Shown here one piece after another: positions 12,835-26,788 of a stretch of 64,000 bases of DNA. Positions within the stretch are counted from its first letter, which is position 1. Each line of letters begins with the position of its first letter. A program made the position numbers and the translations under genes. Source of the stretch: Aplysia californica (Eukaryota); NCBI RefSeq assembly GCF_000002075.1, contig NW_004797276.1:202621-266620 (forward strand), in the 5' to 3' direction. The notes below the pieces were generated by a model. The model was not told the DNA's origin. It made no database searches and saw only the letters and a list, made by a program, of their open reading frames with translations.

Positions 12835-15800
12835 CTGGGAAACAACACAATGAATATTTATGTTGAAAAACAAATACATTTGCAAAACTATATTTTGAGA
12901 ATGAAATAACAGCTTTTAAAACCACAAGAAAAATTAATCTCTTTAAACACCTATGCCTCTATAAAATCTGACCATGTTAGAAAACCTAAGTCTCCCCTGG
13001 AAACAGATAAATCATATTTTCAAATGTCATGTGCTGTCTTATCATAGAACTTCTAACAATTATTGAACTAAATCTTTTGTCATGTAGAACACTGTTATAC
13101 AATCATCTGGTTTAGTTCATACATTTCAGGTTATAGAGCACAAAAGAGTAATCTTGGCCTTATTTGTGAAGAAGACACTTCAATTTAGGAAACCTGACAA
13201 CCAAGAGGAGAGTGAAGAATGAAGCTCCGAACAATATAATAAAATTTGCTCTCTCCCATCTAAGTTTAAAGCAGCCACTTTTATTACACAACACTCTGAA
13301 AAAAATAATAATAGAAATCTAGAGAATACAAAACTTATTAAATTAAAAAAAAAAGAAAGCCAAAGATTACCCAGTTCACTCACATTTCACGGCTGTTACC
13401 GACCGTCAACTTAGTCAAACCGCCAGCCCGCGGCACTCCCCATAACCCGCTACTCTGTGACCCTGGTCACCGCCACTGGTTAAGCGCCACCGGTTCACCG
13501 CCGATGCCCAGTTACAGTTGTTTTCTTATCACAACAGCCCATTAAAATGAGATCCCCCATGGAGACATCGCATCTTAAGATCAGGAGGTATTGGGGATCA
13601 AATCAATCAAAAATGACTGGAATAAAGTTTCCTGGGCACGGCCGAGGCGCGCCGGGAGTGCCGCAGCCATCACCGTACCTTGCACGGCTGACAGCTGATT
13701 TATTACCATCTCGGGGTGGCCGGCGGGAAACCCTTGCCCGGTAACTAAACTGGCGGTTTGGGGGCGATTTAGACAGCCGTGATTTGCCTTATTATCTAAC
13801 TTGTAAAATAGAAGGAATGGGACAAAAAATCAGGGTATTAAAATCTTAGATTGCACTAATAAAAATACTTACCCTTTTTGACCATATCCAGGTTTGAGGG
13901 TTGGATCCTTTGCATTTCATGAGCCGGGCATATGGACCTTCCTCTCTGTTATAATCAAGGCACAAAAGGTTTGCCAGCCGCAGATCTTTTTGTTCAGTTT
14001 CATACCATAACTGGAATAGAATGAGTACCGTATCAAAATAACATTCATAGAAACTCAGTTTTATAACTTAGCATTCTCCTTGCCCTAAAATGTTTTATGA
14101 AGCAATATTATACAGAATTTCTTCCTTTTTGAATTATAAAAAATCACTGTTACCTTTTCATCATACTTCTCATGGTCGATTATTCAAAGTCGTAAAAAGA
14201 AGACTTGTGAAGGCTCAATTGAAGAAGGGCATAAACTTAAGTGACTGCTAAATCAGGAAAACAGGGCAAAATACAAACTCCATCAGCATGCTTAAAGCCC
14301 CTTCGAAATGTAACTGGGAAGTTGGTCAGCTTTATCTGCAATTTACATTGACAACCACTCAGTTGACATCATGCAAATAAAAGATACTGCTGTTGTCAAA
14401 CAAATAATTAAAGTTTTAGTACAGTTGTGCATAAACTGTGAAATACTTTCATTGTCTCATTATTAATTTAACTAAAATATTCTTAATATGAATTCTAATG
14501 GGTCACCTCAGAAAAATTGCTTTTACCAAAGGAGAGGCTTCTGTTGCTACAATTTCCCTCTAGGTATTCAATGACCTATACAAATAAAACTCAGGATAAT
14601 ACATACTTGATCCTCATTTTTCCCATGTTTGCAGACTGCTAGCTGCAGGAGTGACCTCTTGTCATAAATAGACTTCTCCGACTGAACACAAAGACCAGAA
14701 CCAGTATGCTTCAGCTGAACATGAAAAACAAGAAAAAGCAATCAAAGAATCATAATAGCAGGTTTACTTGAACTTTTCGAACTACAGTATAATCCACTTA
14801 TATCAACAGCCGATGCATCGACATTATGACACATCGACATATTTTTCAATTACGAGATTTTTCCTTCAATATCTTCACAATTTCTCTTATATCAACTTTT
14901 TTTCGGCCCACTGGGCTTTATCGACATGCTTCCTGGGTACCTGGCAAAGCCTATGAACATAAATGGGGGGAAAAGCCACGCTAACGATCAACGCATTAGT
15001 TCATTAAGTCCGCATACCTGCAAAGTATCCTATTTGAGACACCAAGCTTTAGTAGGTCATGGAGGGTCTACACAGTGTAGTCTCCAACACAGTAGAGTGC
15101 CTCACAGACGTGAGCGTCTCGTGCACTGGGAATCACCTCCCTACCCCCCACTCCCGATCGCTCACTCCCCTTCCCCATCCCATTCTCAGTCTGTCGCTGG
15201 CAAGTGCCACGGTCAGTGAGTCAGTGCCTTGCCTTTCCATTTTCCCCAGCAAGCGGCTATAAACAGGCCTTACAAGGATGCTACAATAAAGTTTGCGCTG
15301 GTGTGTAGAGTGTGCCTTGCTCTGCTCGGTCTTTAGGACTGTAACTACAGCCCCACCCCCCCCCTCTGTCTCTTGTTAGTTTCACTGTGTAGTTGTGTAA
15401 GAATCAAGGGAAGCTACCAGTTTAAAAAATAGTGTTGTCTTTTTACAGCTTTTGTTTTTTCCTCTTTGGCTTTATATTTTCATTTATCGACATTTTTATA
15501 TATCGACATCAAATCCACTTCCAAAAGCACGTCGATATAAGCAGATTATACTGTACTCTGATTTGATATTCACAAATAAACAAAGACTTTACCAGTAGAA
15601 AACTGCATGAATTTAAATGAACAGACACAAAGATGAAACAGGAATTTTGCACAAGACTTAAACTAATAGTGTGCGTATGGCTCTTTTCGTCTGTGCAGAC
15701 GGTCAATTTAGCTTAAGATGGTCTCAAGGTTTTCTTCATGCAGCTTCTTTCATGGCTAATTCTTCCAACGTTGAAGCGCAGATTCTGTCGCAGTGCTTGC

Positions 15801-18800
15801 ATGTCAGTGACGTGGAACGAAGCCCTGTATTTCCGTTGTTTTCCTTTCGTCGTTGGCACTTCTCAGCCTGGTTGTTTCTATGGCTGCTCTCTAGATTTAT
15901 AGTTCTTTCCTTTATCATTTTCCTGCAAGTTTTCCTGTCCTCAGCTATTTCTTCCCAGATCCTAATATCTACTCCAAGTTTAGATAAACTGTTCTAGCAG
16001 CTGTCTGTGTAACTCAATTTTGGTCTTCCTCTTGGTCTCTTTCCCTGGGCAAGTTCTCCATTGAGAAGTTGCTTCGGAATCCAGTTGTCGTCCATTCTCT
16101 TGACATGGCCCAGCCATCTCAATCTTTTTAAACACAGGATAGATGTCATGCTCTGAAGGTTTGCCCGTGCCAATACTTCAACATTTGTAACCTTGTCACG
16201 CCACGAAATGCCTAAGATCTTGTAGCAGCATCTGAGATGGAAAATGTCGAGGCGCTTTTCTTGCCTGCTGTACAAGGTCCCGGTTTCAGATCCATAAAGG
16301 AGTGTGCTGAGGAGACTAATAGTAATAGCCCATAAATGCACAACACCAAAGCATGAATCACAAAGGGAAAACTCTAATATACAGAATAGATCTACTCCAT
16401 AGCAAAGATTAGAGTTAGATATTGAGATGAGAGGAGACACAAAACAATTGGCACAGCCCACAAACACATAACACACTCTTAGAGTCAGAGTGCAAGTGAG
16501 TATGTGATCATGTGCACATGACCGGAGATGAGAAAGAGAAGGAAGAAATTTAAAAAATCAGTTTGAGCGCACTGAAAAAAAGCAACAAAAGATAAAGGGA
16601 ACATGAGGTAGACATTCCCTACCTGGAAAAAGTTCCATCATGGTGGTGTTTGTTTGTGTAAAGAACAGCACATTGTCGACACAATAATGGTCATTTTGTG
16701 TTGGGAAAAGTAGGACCTACCAGTGGTTCCCACCAACTACTTGTTATCATGGTGAAAAATGCAACTTACCAAACCCCACGCTCTGATGGCTACTTCTGGA
16801 GCAGAGTTGATCTTCTTCTCTGAATTAGTTGGGTACAACGACCTGGCCAAATCTGGTAATTTCTGAAATATAAAGGAATTTAAATGAAAAAGTGGTCAAC
16901 TTTTAAGAAGCTGGGTAAATTAGGACCAAACTTCAAAAGGTCAAAGAAGCAGCTAAATTGACTTGACATTGAATGCATAAATGATTTTCACATAGAGTAA
17001 CAAGACTCAACATGACATTAAAAAGAAGAAAAAAAGCTTTTTAGACTTGCACTGTGCTGACAAGTAAAAAGAGCTGAGAGCTTTGTCAGCCCAGCTAGGA
17101 TTTCAATAAGGAATATATCAAGGAAAACACCAGAAACTTGATTTCTGTCTCGATCAGTACTTGTCAAACTTTTATTGCCAGTGCCTACTTTTGCTACCTT
17201 TTAGAGGTTAAAATTTTTGTACCGCACACCAGTCTGTATTTCCAAACGAGGCACTAAATAATACCTGCCACTATCTGGGCGATCCCCTCTGCCCACCATA
17301 ATAACCAGATCACCCACTAGTGGACAATAGCGCTCGGGTAACAAAACACTGGTCTAGATCTTCTACAGACTAGTCGTCTGTTAAAAGCACATTTCAATAA
17401 GTTCAAAGTATTGATTCTGATTGGCTAAGGAACAAAGCCTTGAAATGATAACTTATGTGTCTTCAGAGACTCTCTCCCACATCACTTGTGGGTCAAGAAT
17501 CTTGACAATTGAGCTGACCGAATGACCCCTGAATGAGCAGACGTCAAAACAGGTAGCAGATGGTGACTCCTCCTTTGTGCACAGATCCCCACAGTCAGAG
17601 CTCTACAGGCTCATAGTGACCTTTCAAGTCAGATAAATCACCTCTTGAGTGGCTTCTAAATCAAAACTTTTGCCAGGTTTTATTTCTTGTATCAATACAT
17701 TTCAGTAACAGTTGCAGCCGTGTTTCCCCCTTCTCCTTCCCATGAATGTTACAGCTTCCATCTTTTATAATGAGCATAATCTTTTTCTTTTGTATTACAG
17801 CTTTCACTCATAATGGCATTTTTCAAAATAAAAGTTGCATTGTCAAAGCTGACCAAATGTTGGCAGCAGTATTTTCCGTACCTGTAGTGCTGATGGGTAT
17901 ACATTATCAAGATACCACTGAAAAGACTTGCATTGTAGTCGATCTCTCAGCTCTAATCTGTCTTTAATGCTTCCATACTCCATATCCTCTGCACGTGGGT
18001 TGATATGGAAGTAGTATTTCTGTGGCACAGCAAACAAGTATTAGAAAGAACCAAGATTATCATTAGTTCTATAATGTAGTCATAAAAAGGTACCCCCATC
18101 GGTAAGATCAAAAAATGATACATGAATTTGAAGGACACTTTTTAAAAACCCTTCACAGTAAGAAAGTAAAGCATGCATTATGTTTTCCTTGCACTTGTGT
18201 CGATACTTTATCAAAACATATCAATAAAAAATTTGCATTCAAATGAACATGAGTATGACTCTACACAAAAGGTGAGGGAAAAATACTGGTAATGTCTAAA
18301 CACATCTCCTTAAACTTTCATATAAGTTTCACATGAAATAAACAAATGAGAGTGAAAAATGACTAAACAATCTGACTGAACCCTTCTTTTGTAAGTCTCA
18401 GTTGAAGGTCACCAAATTTCTCTCTGACTGTCAAAATAATGGCTAAACAAAATGGTGTAAAATCCTTGCCTGTGTCACATCATTCATATATAACTAGCCA
18501 CATGCTATCAAACCAAGGTTATTCCAATTTGATGTTCTTACACATCTATTTATTAACATGGCATTGGCCTACAATGCATCAATATTGCCAACTGACCTTG
18601 TAATCATCCATCCAAACATGCACCACCCTCAGAGTATTCTTTGTAAAGCTGTCTCTCACAGGTGAGCCATACGGACGCCTCTTTCGGAAGATATGCCCCA
18701 CCCTAGAGCATGGTACAATCAAAAGCCGACCTCCACACTGCCAGATCTGCAAAAAACAATTCCAAATCTTGTTCTGGGGGACAATTGACCTAGTGGCAAT

Positions 18801-21800
18801 TTGAGCGTTCTAGACTTCTTAGGACCCAAAAATGGGAACTGGACCTACTTGTTTCAACTTACCACTGATTCAGCATGACAATACAGACAAGTTTAATGGC
18901 TTGCAGATAGCTGCTGACATAGTTATTCTTATTTTCTGTGTAGCGAGCAAAGATTTCAATGCTAAAAAACAGGTGGACCTACTGGGTGAGGGAAAAAAAG
19001 GCCAATGTTGAATTTTGTAAGAACTTCATTTGCGGGTCCATATCAATCACATTTTTATGCTGCATAAATCAGCCATGGGGAACATCAGTTGTACAAATTT
19101 GACAGCAGTTCTCCCAAAAGCTTGGAGAAACATGACAGAGAATTCTTTAAATATTCACCCAGAATTTATTTGATTTACATGTAAGGTCTAAAATGAAGTA
19201 TCAGCAATGGATCACTTTTCCTATCTGGGATTACTAAAAGCCTTTGAAGAACTTGTGAATGAGAAATCATTGCATTGAATTCACAGGGATTTCTCTGAGA
19301 TTTTTTTACCTGATCTTGTCCATCTATCAAAAGACAATGGAATTGTATGAAAGAGGACATTATTTTATGCATGAAATATATGCCATTGACCCACCAACCT
19401 GAGAGCCAGAGGCTGTAACTTCAAATCTGAGAGCGACGGAATTCAAAGTAAGTTTCATACTGGGGTCAAATTTCAAATCTGTCATATTTCTTCATTGTTT
19501 TTCAAATGATTTCTGCCTCCTAAGGCCTGTTCTCTCTTGAGTGATTCAATTTGTTATGTAAAAGTGGGCATGTAGATGGAGATCTATTCAAATTCTACAC
19601 AATTTCATGAGGGAAAACTGTGGCGTGCACAGCTTGTAATCAAATATGAAAGAAGAAATAAAGGCAGTAAAATTTAATACAGACTGTGACAAGAGCAAAC
19701 CCTGAGAAAGAGAACAATACAAAATACAGTAAAACACAGAGAAGAAATTGTGTTTCAACTGAAGTCAAAGATAAACTGTCAGCAAGGCAGTATTGTTAAA
19801 GAAAATACTTTGACTTCAGATGAAACACAGTTTCTTTTATGTAATGACTTACTCGAAAGGATAATTCCAAATTTTCCCCACCCCAAATGTCCATGCCACT
19901 GTCATACTCTCCAAGCTCCTTGAAATATTTTCTGTCCATAGCAAACAATCCTCCAGCCATTGTTGGGGATCTGGAAAGTAGAAAACCATTCTTGTTGGAA
20001 AAAAAAAGAGAGAAAAAAAGAAAGAAAAAAAGAAAGAAAAAGAAGTCATAATCTTATCATGTGCTTTTTGAAGATTTATGTTGAGATAAGATAAAACCAA
20101 AGTCAGAGGGTAGAAAAACGGAAGAAAAAAACAAGCATAACAGAAGATACTCAAAAACAGGAGTCGAAATCTGAAAAAGAATCAGCAAACACTGAGAATA
20201 ATTTTTTTTCTGAAACATATAGTTTACAGAAAACCTTGGAGAATCATCTCTTGACATGAACTGCCAGTGCAAAACTTGAGAAAAGGTGATTATAACTGAC
20301 AAATTTACGTCTTTTGGAAACATATTTTCATCCTAATTGATTCACTACACCTAGAGTAGGCCTACTTTGATTTTGAGCCACAAACTGACTTGAGAGGATT
20401 TTTACTCCAAAAGCATTCATTGTATCAATCCAGAATAGGCGAGCCTTCTTTAACCCTGTTACTGTCAGTGGTAAACTTGCACTGCATCAGGGGAAACTCT
20501 TAGGAACAAGGGTGCCCCTTTAGACGTAAGAAAAGAGTGCATATGAAATATGATAAATACAAAGACAAGAAAACTATATATACTTGGAAAGCTCTTTGAA
20601 AACTCTATGGCACACTTGTGACCCCTAAAATCTGCCGGAAATCTTGGAGACTGCCGAGAACCCGACGAAGCTACTTTCACTGACTTGCAGAGTTGACACT
20701 GCAGGCAGTTCTATCCTCTGGCTCAAAAAGAATTCTATAACTACAAGAGGTCCTTCCTTTTAAAATAAGTACACTATCGTTCAGCGTCTGTATTTCAGGG
20801 GTTTGTGTAGACTGTTTTCAGAAACTGCCAATGTTATTGGCAGTAACACTTTGGTGGCAAATCAGCACTTGCCAGTAATTGGGTTACGGCAAACCTAACA
20901 TTACACTCTTATCACTAAGAAAATCCCTCCATTAGTGCTTGAAACATGTGCATAGTCTTGAAACTGCTAAAAAAAATACTGATTAGAAGCTACGAAAAGC
21001 ACACAGTTATATTGTACAGGTGAATCCCAAGGATTATCAAACGTTATAGGAAAATTGTCCTCTCCTCCATTTAACCATTTAACTTTCTTATCTGAAGCAA
21101 ATAAAAATCACTCACACAAAAGGATCAGCTTTGGAAAACACAGCTCTACTGTCTTCAAGGGGAAGAGGATCCCACTGGAAGTGCATTCCCCAGTTGAAAC
21201 CTCCTCTTACCAGGCCTGCCGGCTCATAATAAAAGGTGTCGGAATCAACAATGTCCATGAGTGGCACAGCCACTGTCTGTCGGTCAGAGTGAACGACTGC
21301 CAGTAGAGGTTCCAGCCAACCCACATTTACTTCACAGTGGCTGTCTAGGAAGAGCAATACCTGGAAGAAGTAATTGTAAAAGTTAAATATGCTGCACATG
21401 ACAACTTTGAAGAAATGTTTCCCAAAGAGCTGCATGGTACGAAGCTTTGAGACTTCAGCCCTCATGTTTTAGACACTGGACTTTTCAGTCTTTAGGACTC
21501 TCATATCTGTTAAAACTAAACACATATTCTCAAATTTCAAACCGTACTTGTAAACAGAGTGTGAAGAATTGTGTCACGGCGTGGTGGAATCAGGCGCTCG
21601 TCAATTTTTGGGCATATGGGCTTATTGGTATTACCTTAACGCCTGTTCATTTGCCTTCCTTTTGGTGAAAAAAATATCCATCTTAGTTGAATAGAAGTCT
21701 AGATATATATGCAATTGAAGGAGGTCAGGGTCGCCTGGTTTCAGAGGTAAAATTAGCGAGAAAATGGCCACCAAAGTTTGGTAGTTTGGTAACTTCCATA

Positions 21801-24800
21801 GCCTGAGAGTCCTTGGAAACTGAAAATTTACATTTTTCGTAGTGTTCCCGATTATTGAAAGCTAGGAATCTTAGGAATTGACCCTGAACCCAATTACTTA
21901 CTTTCTAACGATGTGATTTCTTCTGGTGGTTACCTAAATGGCTCCGAACATCTTTGGGAATTAGGAGAACCTTGATTTCGGAACACTACGAAGCATCAAC
22001 TTTTATTTGTCAAAAATAAATTTTTTTAAAAAGAAATAAAAAGATTTAAACGCTTACAGACACTGGTAACCGTTGGTTTATGTAAACAGGAGTCGGAACT
22101 TTTCTTCTGTACCATTAATTGTGGGAATCGGTTCCAGAATCGATTCTTCGCCCAGATCTAATTGTGCCCTTAATCAATGTTTTACAGTAAAATCCACACA
22201 AAAATGTGTTTTTAAATGGACATAAAAGGTATGAGCCAAAAAAGAAAACAAGAAGAAAATTGCCCGTCTGCACCAAAAATGCCAATGTCTTTGATTTCAG
22301 TATTTTGATCACCACAATGCCTCACAATTATATTCCCATGGCAAAAAAACTTAACAAAACAGTCAAAACAAATTTTTGCTGCGAAGCATCTGTGAATAAC
22401 AAATTCTTTTCATGTTACCGCATCAAAACATTACAAATATACATTTTAAGAACAAATGTGAGTCCTACTGTTAAGAAAGAATATTCATTTGTGGGTGATT
22501 TTGAAACAAGACTGAGCTACTGTTCGGTAGAAATCTTGAAGCAAGATAATCTATTTTTGTTAATATTACTGACAACCAGACAAAATTAAAGGGACTGACC
22601 TGACCAGTTGCTTCTTCGGCACCCAACATCCGAGCTCTGATCAGACCTTGACGCTCAGGGCTCCGAACCAGCTTCACTTTCGGCAAGGTAGAAATTGTGT
22701 TTTCAAGCTCAGATTTCAGGTGCTCTTGGTAAACAAAATTCAAAATTACTATTAACAACAGCAGTCTTGACAGAATTCTGGTGATATCCTTAAGATCTTT
22801 GATAAGAGAAATGTGACTGGTTGGGGGAAGAAGAATCCATGTGGACATTACACTCTAGGAAGCCCATATCAATGAATGAATGAAGGCTGTTATTGCAATA
22901 ACTATATAACCAGTGTAAACCAGTTAAAAACTAAATAAACAGAATTGGCCAAAACATAAACGGTACACTACAGATACAAGTAATACAGCCATACAATACA
23001 CAACAAATTTTAGAAATTTATACAGTATAACACGCATAGGTCAAACACAGAGGACTTGAAATCACACATCCGTCGAACTGTGCCTGTGGTTCCATGTTTT
23101 CTTCTTTATCTTTGTAAGATATCCCTCGAACTACGAATCTCGTGAACTACGGAGGCCGGTCCTAACGAATTCGAGCTATCCATGTCATACTGTGTAGTTT
23201 AAACTTTTCTCCTAGATACCCATACGCTCAAACTTAATGTCTTAAAACGTACATCAATCAGAAAGGAGTTCAGCATAAAATTTCACACCCAAAGTCCAAT
23301 ATATATCTGTCTTTTATACGTACCAAAGGTGCTGAAGTCATCCACAAGAATAATCTCATGAATTAAATGCTCTGATGAACGTGCTAGAACAGTGTGCACA
23401 GTGCGCAACAAAGCAGATCTGGCCTCATTGTGAAAGCAAATGATGATGCTTGCACTTGGCAAATCCACAGGGTAATGCTTTTTCCTGCATCTGCAATACA
23501 GATCATAGGTCACTCAGGAAAAGGCTGGGAGTGTTATCATAATGTAAAAAAGCAGAAACAGTTAAAATCACAATTTAAAAAAAAAAAAAAAAGCAATACA
23601 GCGTTGTCCTCTTTTCAGCTCTTTCACGTCTATACCTTTGATCAAAATAGGTTTGCTTGATTATTTAACACTGATGTTACAAAATGACTGTGATTGGTCA
23701 CTTGCATGGCCATAACCTATCACAACAAGGGAATGACTTGCATCTTTGAATAATGGAAAAATATTGTCATAAAAGGTGTCACATGCTTCCCAGAACCTTA
23801 CATCTCAATACTTGTGAGATGCTGAATTCTCAAGAAAGGACTCATTCCAGCAAAATGTATTCAAGAATAAAACAAATCTATGGTTTCAGCACCATGACAC
23901 TATACAAACTACAACAGTTTATTCTTCACATTCACAAACATTCCTTTTACTGTCAACCAACCAGGTGGTCAATTTACTGACTGAACCATCTTAAATATTT
24001 AATATTTTGTATACAAGTCATTTGTAAAAGTATTGCACTTGAAAGAAAATTACTTTGAGTTTCTGACATCGGGAATTGGTCTGGTGTAGCTCAGTTTCGC
24101 ACTCAGCATCTCATTGAAAGCATGGTTGTGATACCCTGTAATCAACACAAAGAGAGGAAAACAACATTTAACACAGATCAGACATTTTGATTGCTTTAGA
24201 TTTAGAGTTAAAAGTTCTCAGACAAAGTCAGATAAAGTCAGTGTTTGAGCCCGATTTTAAACCCAAGGTACAAGGAAAAAAAAGCGAGTGTATTGGTGCA
24301 AAAACAATGTATGGTACAAGATGACTCAAAATTTAAAAAAAAAGCTAATGTAATTAATGCAATAAATGTAATTGCATAAGATTTATGCCCCCTACTGTCT
24401 AGATCATATAGGAGGCAGGCTGCTTCCACCCTGCTGTCATGGATAACATGGGCTGATAGGAATACAACGTCCGCACAGAAAGATGGGGATACTCCATAAA
24501 AATTCTCTCCACATGTGGAATCGAACTCAAGTCTTTTAAGTATCATGGCTAGGCACCTAACACTACACGACAGACTCTGGTCAAGTAAAAGATTAAGACT
24601 TTCTTCAAATACATGCTGAAATAATGCAATTATATTTTTTAAAAGAAATTATAATCTTTTACTCTGATATGCAATTAGACTAGACCAGACGTACTTTCAT
24701 ATACATATAGGCACTTTTGGATGAAAATAATTACTTACCAGCATCATAGTTTCTCTGATCTTGTGCTGTATTAATTTTTCCAAGTTGCTGCAAGTAACTT

Positions 24801-25614
24801 TCATCGTATATTTTTCTTTTGCTGGGGTTACCTACAATTTAAACGAAGAGCACTTTATGCATTTTGAAATGTAGTACTACGCTTAATTGTGATCATCAAA
24901 ACGTACATTATTAGTTTGCTCGTTATAATGAGCATATCAAAGTACAAACACTAAATTATCTTTCATTCATTCCCCCAGCCATGTTTGATGACGAAATAAA
25001 AAACTACCAATAAAATAAGTGCAGCACACTTTGCATTGCTTATACTGTCAACAACGTTTTCCTCTGGGGTGAATTCTAGGATCAAAAACAGACTTGAAGC
25101 ACCTATGCAGGGGATACATATTTATCCTTTAAATGAAGCACATTGCACTTTAAAAAGGCAACAAATGCTACATGATAGAGCATGTGTAGATCATCTTTGA
25201 AAGACCAGATAGTGTCAATAACAAAGCTCCCTCATATCTTAGTGACCTCGTACAGATTTATGTTCCATCTAGATCACTAAGATCAGGCGATCAGTATCTT
25301 TTAAGAATTCCTAGAAAGGGAGGTAAAAAATTAGCTGAAAGACCGTTTGCCCACCTTGCTCCATCAGTTTGGAACTCTATTCCCCAACCCATGAGACATA
25401 CAACATCTGAGTCTAAATATAAAAAATCTTTAAAGACACATTTAATGACATCATTTTTATGTCAGTTGATTCATGTTCAGTTTAATGTTATGTAAAGGAC
25501 TATGTATCCATTTATGTATTTTTACGAATTGCATTGAGTATATTATTTTATTATGTATGGGTATGTGCTCATTTTGCAATGGTGTGTAAGCATGCGCGTG
25601 TGATAAGCAAGAAG

Positions 25615-25694
<80 letters not shown>

Positions 25695-26602
25695 CATGCA
25701 TGCATATGTGTGCGTGTATGCAGTGCGTNNNNNNNNNNNNNNNNNNNNNNNNNNNNNNNNNNNNNNNNNNNNNNNNNNNNNNNNNNNNNNNNNNNNNNNN
25801 NNNNNNNNNNNNNNNNNNNNNNNNNNNNNNNNNNNNNNNNNNNNNNNNNNNNNNNNNNNNNNNNNNNNNNNNNNNNNNNNNNNNNNNNNNNNNNNNNNNN
25901 NNNNNNNNNCGTACATGCATTTATGTAAAGCGCCTAGAGCTGTGTTCACACAGGAGCGAGCGCTATAGAAATGATCTTCATTATTGTAAAATCAATGTTT
26001 GCACAAGTATAAAAGATATCTTTTGCAGCTTTTTAATCTTAACCTCACTGAAGCCACAGCATCAATGTTCATATTAAAAGAAAAAGGAAAATCATTGAGA
26101 AAAGTACACTACTGGTTTTGCACTCAACTGCTACCATCGCTGAAAGTACTTATATGGCTTTTCATAGTTTCTTAGAAAAGTAATACTTTCAGCTAGATGG
26201 TAACAATCTCTAAGCACATTAACTTCACCTGTGAATATATAAAAGACAAATGTTATTATAAAAATAATTCTCAATGAGGATTTTACGTTTACAAAATCAA
26301 ATTTAAACAAAAAGCACTTTAAATAAAAAAATTAAGTAACCCATCAAATTCAAAGACGTGGCACACTTACCTGGTTGAATTTCTATTTCATTATTCTTGA
26401 TTGCATCTTGCTCATTCTGCACCTCACCATAATCAAAAGGGAATTCGTCATTAGGCAGCTTATCATGAAGTCCAGACTTTGACAGCAGTCTCTGTTTGTG
26501 CCGTGTGTACACACCCAAGAAGTTCCAGTATAAGACAAACCAAAAAAAGATACTGAAAACTACAAGTATCAGAATAAGTCTGGAACGTCTCAAACGCACC
26601 AT
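12700..26602 (-). CDS. GALNT11: Gene A: polypeptide N-acetylgalactosaminyltransferase 11-like (GT27, type II membrane, ricin-B lectin C-terminus); 13 coding exons, 1824 nt, 607 aa
   Basis: Spliced join on the minus strand: 26602-26371, 24831-24739, 24135-24054, 23490-23324, 22724-22600, 21360-21116, 19970-19853, 18746-18597, 18019-17882, 16862-16770, 14714-14607, 14010-13873, 12834-12700. All introns are GT-AG and phases match. Motifs: N-terminal TM, ICFHNEA, GLIRAR, FLDSHCE (DXH), [36 protein letters not shown], lectin CLD..RLMKC..QTW. The symbol rests on recalled similarity to GALNT11. Confidence 0.93.
13388..13781. mobile_element. GC-rich MITE with CAC..GTG ends and 4-bp ATTT TSD (Chapaev-like)
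   Basis: attt-cacggctgt ... acagccgtg-attt. Confidence 0.75.
13873..14010 (-). CDS. GALNT11: Gene A coding exon 12 (lectin beta repeat)
   Basis: [46 protein letters not shown]. Confidence 0.92.
14607..14714 (-). CDS. GALNT11: Gene A coding exon 11 (lectin alpha repeat)
   Basis: [36 protein letters not shown]; 108 nt. Confidence 0.88.
14785..15553. mobile_element. Tc1/mariner (Tigger-like) MITE, TA TSD
   Basis: TIR cagtataatc..cttatatc; subterminal atcgaca repeats. Confidence 0.82.
15670..16318 (-). mobile_element. RTE/BovB-like LINE 3' fragment
   Basis: [54 protein letters not shown]; terminal CKHCDRIC zinc knuckle. Confidence 0.92.
16770..16862 (-). CDS. GALNT11: Gene A coding exon 10 (linker)
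   Basis: [31 protein letters not shown]; ttcag acceptor, gtaagt donor; phase 0-0. Confidence 0.82.
17882..18019 (-). CDS. GALNT11: Gene A coding exon 9
   Basis: [46 protein letters not shown]. Confidence 0.93.
18597..18746 (-). CDS. GALNT11: Gene A coding exon 8
   Basis: [50 protein letters not shown]. Confidence 0.95.
19853..19970 (-). CDS. GALNT11: Gene A coding exon 7 (Gal/GalNAc-T motif)
   Basis: [39 protein letters not shown]; 118 nt. Confidence 0.95.
20454..20883 (+). mobile_element. piggyBac-like MITE, copy 1
   Basis: ttaa-ccc start and ggg-tta end; homologous to 50830-51283 in inverted orientation. Confidence 0.78.
21116..21360 (-). CDS. GALNT11: Gene A coding exon 6 (DXH motif)
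   Basis: [20 protein letters not shown]...[13 protein letters not shown]; 245 nt. Confidence 0.95.
21571..22325 (+). mobile_element. Sola1-like MITE copy 2, with nested insertion (~21836-22165)
   Basis: AATT TSD on both sides; nested IR ttcgtagtgttcc..ggaacactacgaa at 21836-21992. Confidence 0.75.
22600..22724 (-). CDS. GALNT11: Gene A coding exon 5
   Basis: EHLKSELE...[18 protein letters not shown]; 125 nt. Confidence 0.93.
23023..23192. mobile_element. Short decayed Tc1/mariner-type MITE
   Basis: cagtataacacgcatag .. ctatccatgtcatactg imperfect TIR. Confidence 0.55.
23324..23490 (-). CDS. GALNT11: Gene A coding exon 4
   Basis: [32 protein letters not shown]...[11 protein letters not shown]; 167 nt. 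Confidence 0.95.
24054..24135 (-). CDS. GALNT11: Gene A coding exon 3
   Basis: [26 protein letters not shown]; 82 nt. Confidence 0.92.
24739..24831 (-). CDS. GALNT11: Gene A coding exon 2
   Basis: (G)[30 protein letters not shown](G); tag acceptor, gtaag donor; phase 1-1. Confidence 0.85.
25215..25986 (+). mobile_element. L2 LINE 3' end (ORF2 C-terminus, (GT)n, 3' tail)
   Basis: [45 protein letters not shown]; tail tgtaaagcgc..gagcgctatagaaat..tatt. Confidence 0.85.
25616..25692. repeat. (GT)n microsatellite
   Basis: Read directly; another at 60563-60616. Confidence 0.95.
26371..26602 (-). CDS. GALNT11: Gene A coding exon 1 (ATG, TM segment, stem)
   Basis: [28 protein letters not shown]...IQP. 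Donor gtaag at 26370. An upstream acceptor (tttcag at 26681) implies a non-coding first exon. Confidence 0.85.
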
Positions 26603-26788
26603 TTTTCCAGTAGAAAGGTAATGGAATGTTTTATTCAGCTTCCCTTGACTTGAAACATGCTCAAAAAGCCATGAAGTACCCTGAAATAAGATGCGGGAGA
26701 AGCTACATAGAGTGAAAACTAAAATCTTCATTAACTTGCCATGCTTAAACTATGCACTCAATTGGTTAGAACTTCTATTATTAAGGCA

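Noticed and set aside
25457-26077. Long ORFs with HT/CV/SL repeats or X runs (also at 1247, 7665-8062, 27050, 34653, 53306)
   Set aside because: Artefacts of microsatellites and N gaps (7783-7928, 25729-25909, 27937-28036, 34809-35009, 53352-53583)
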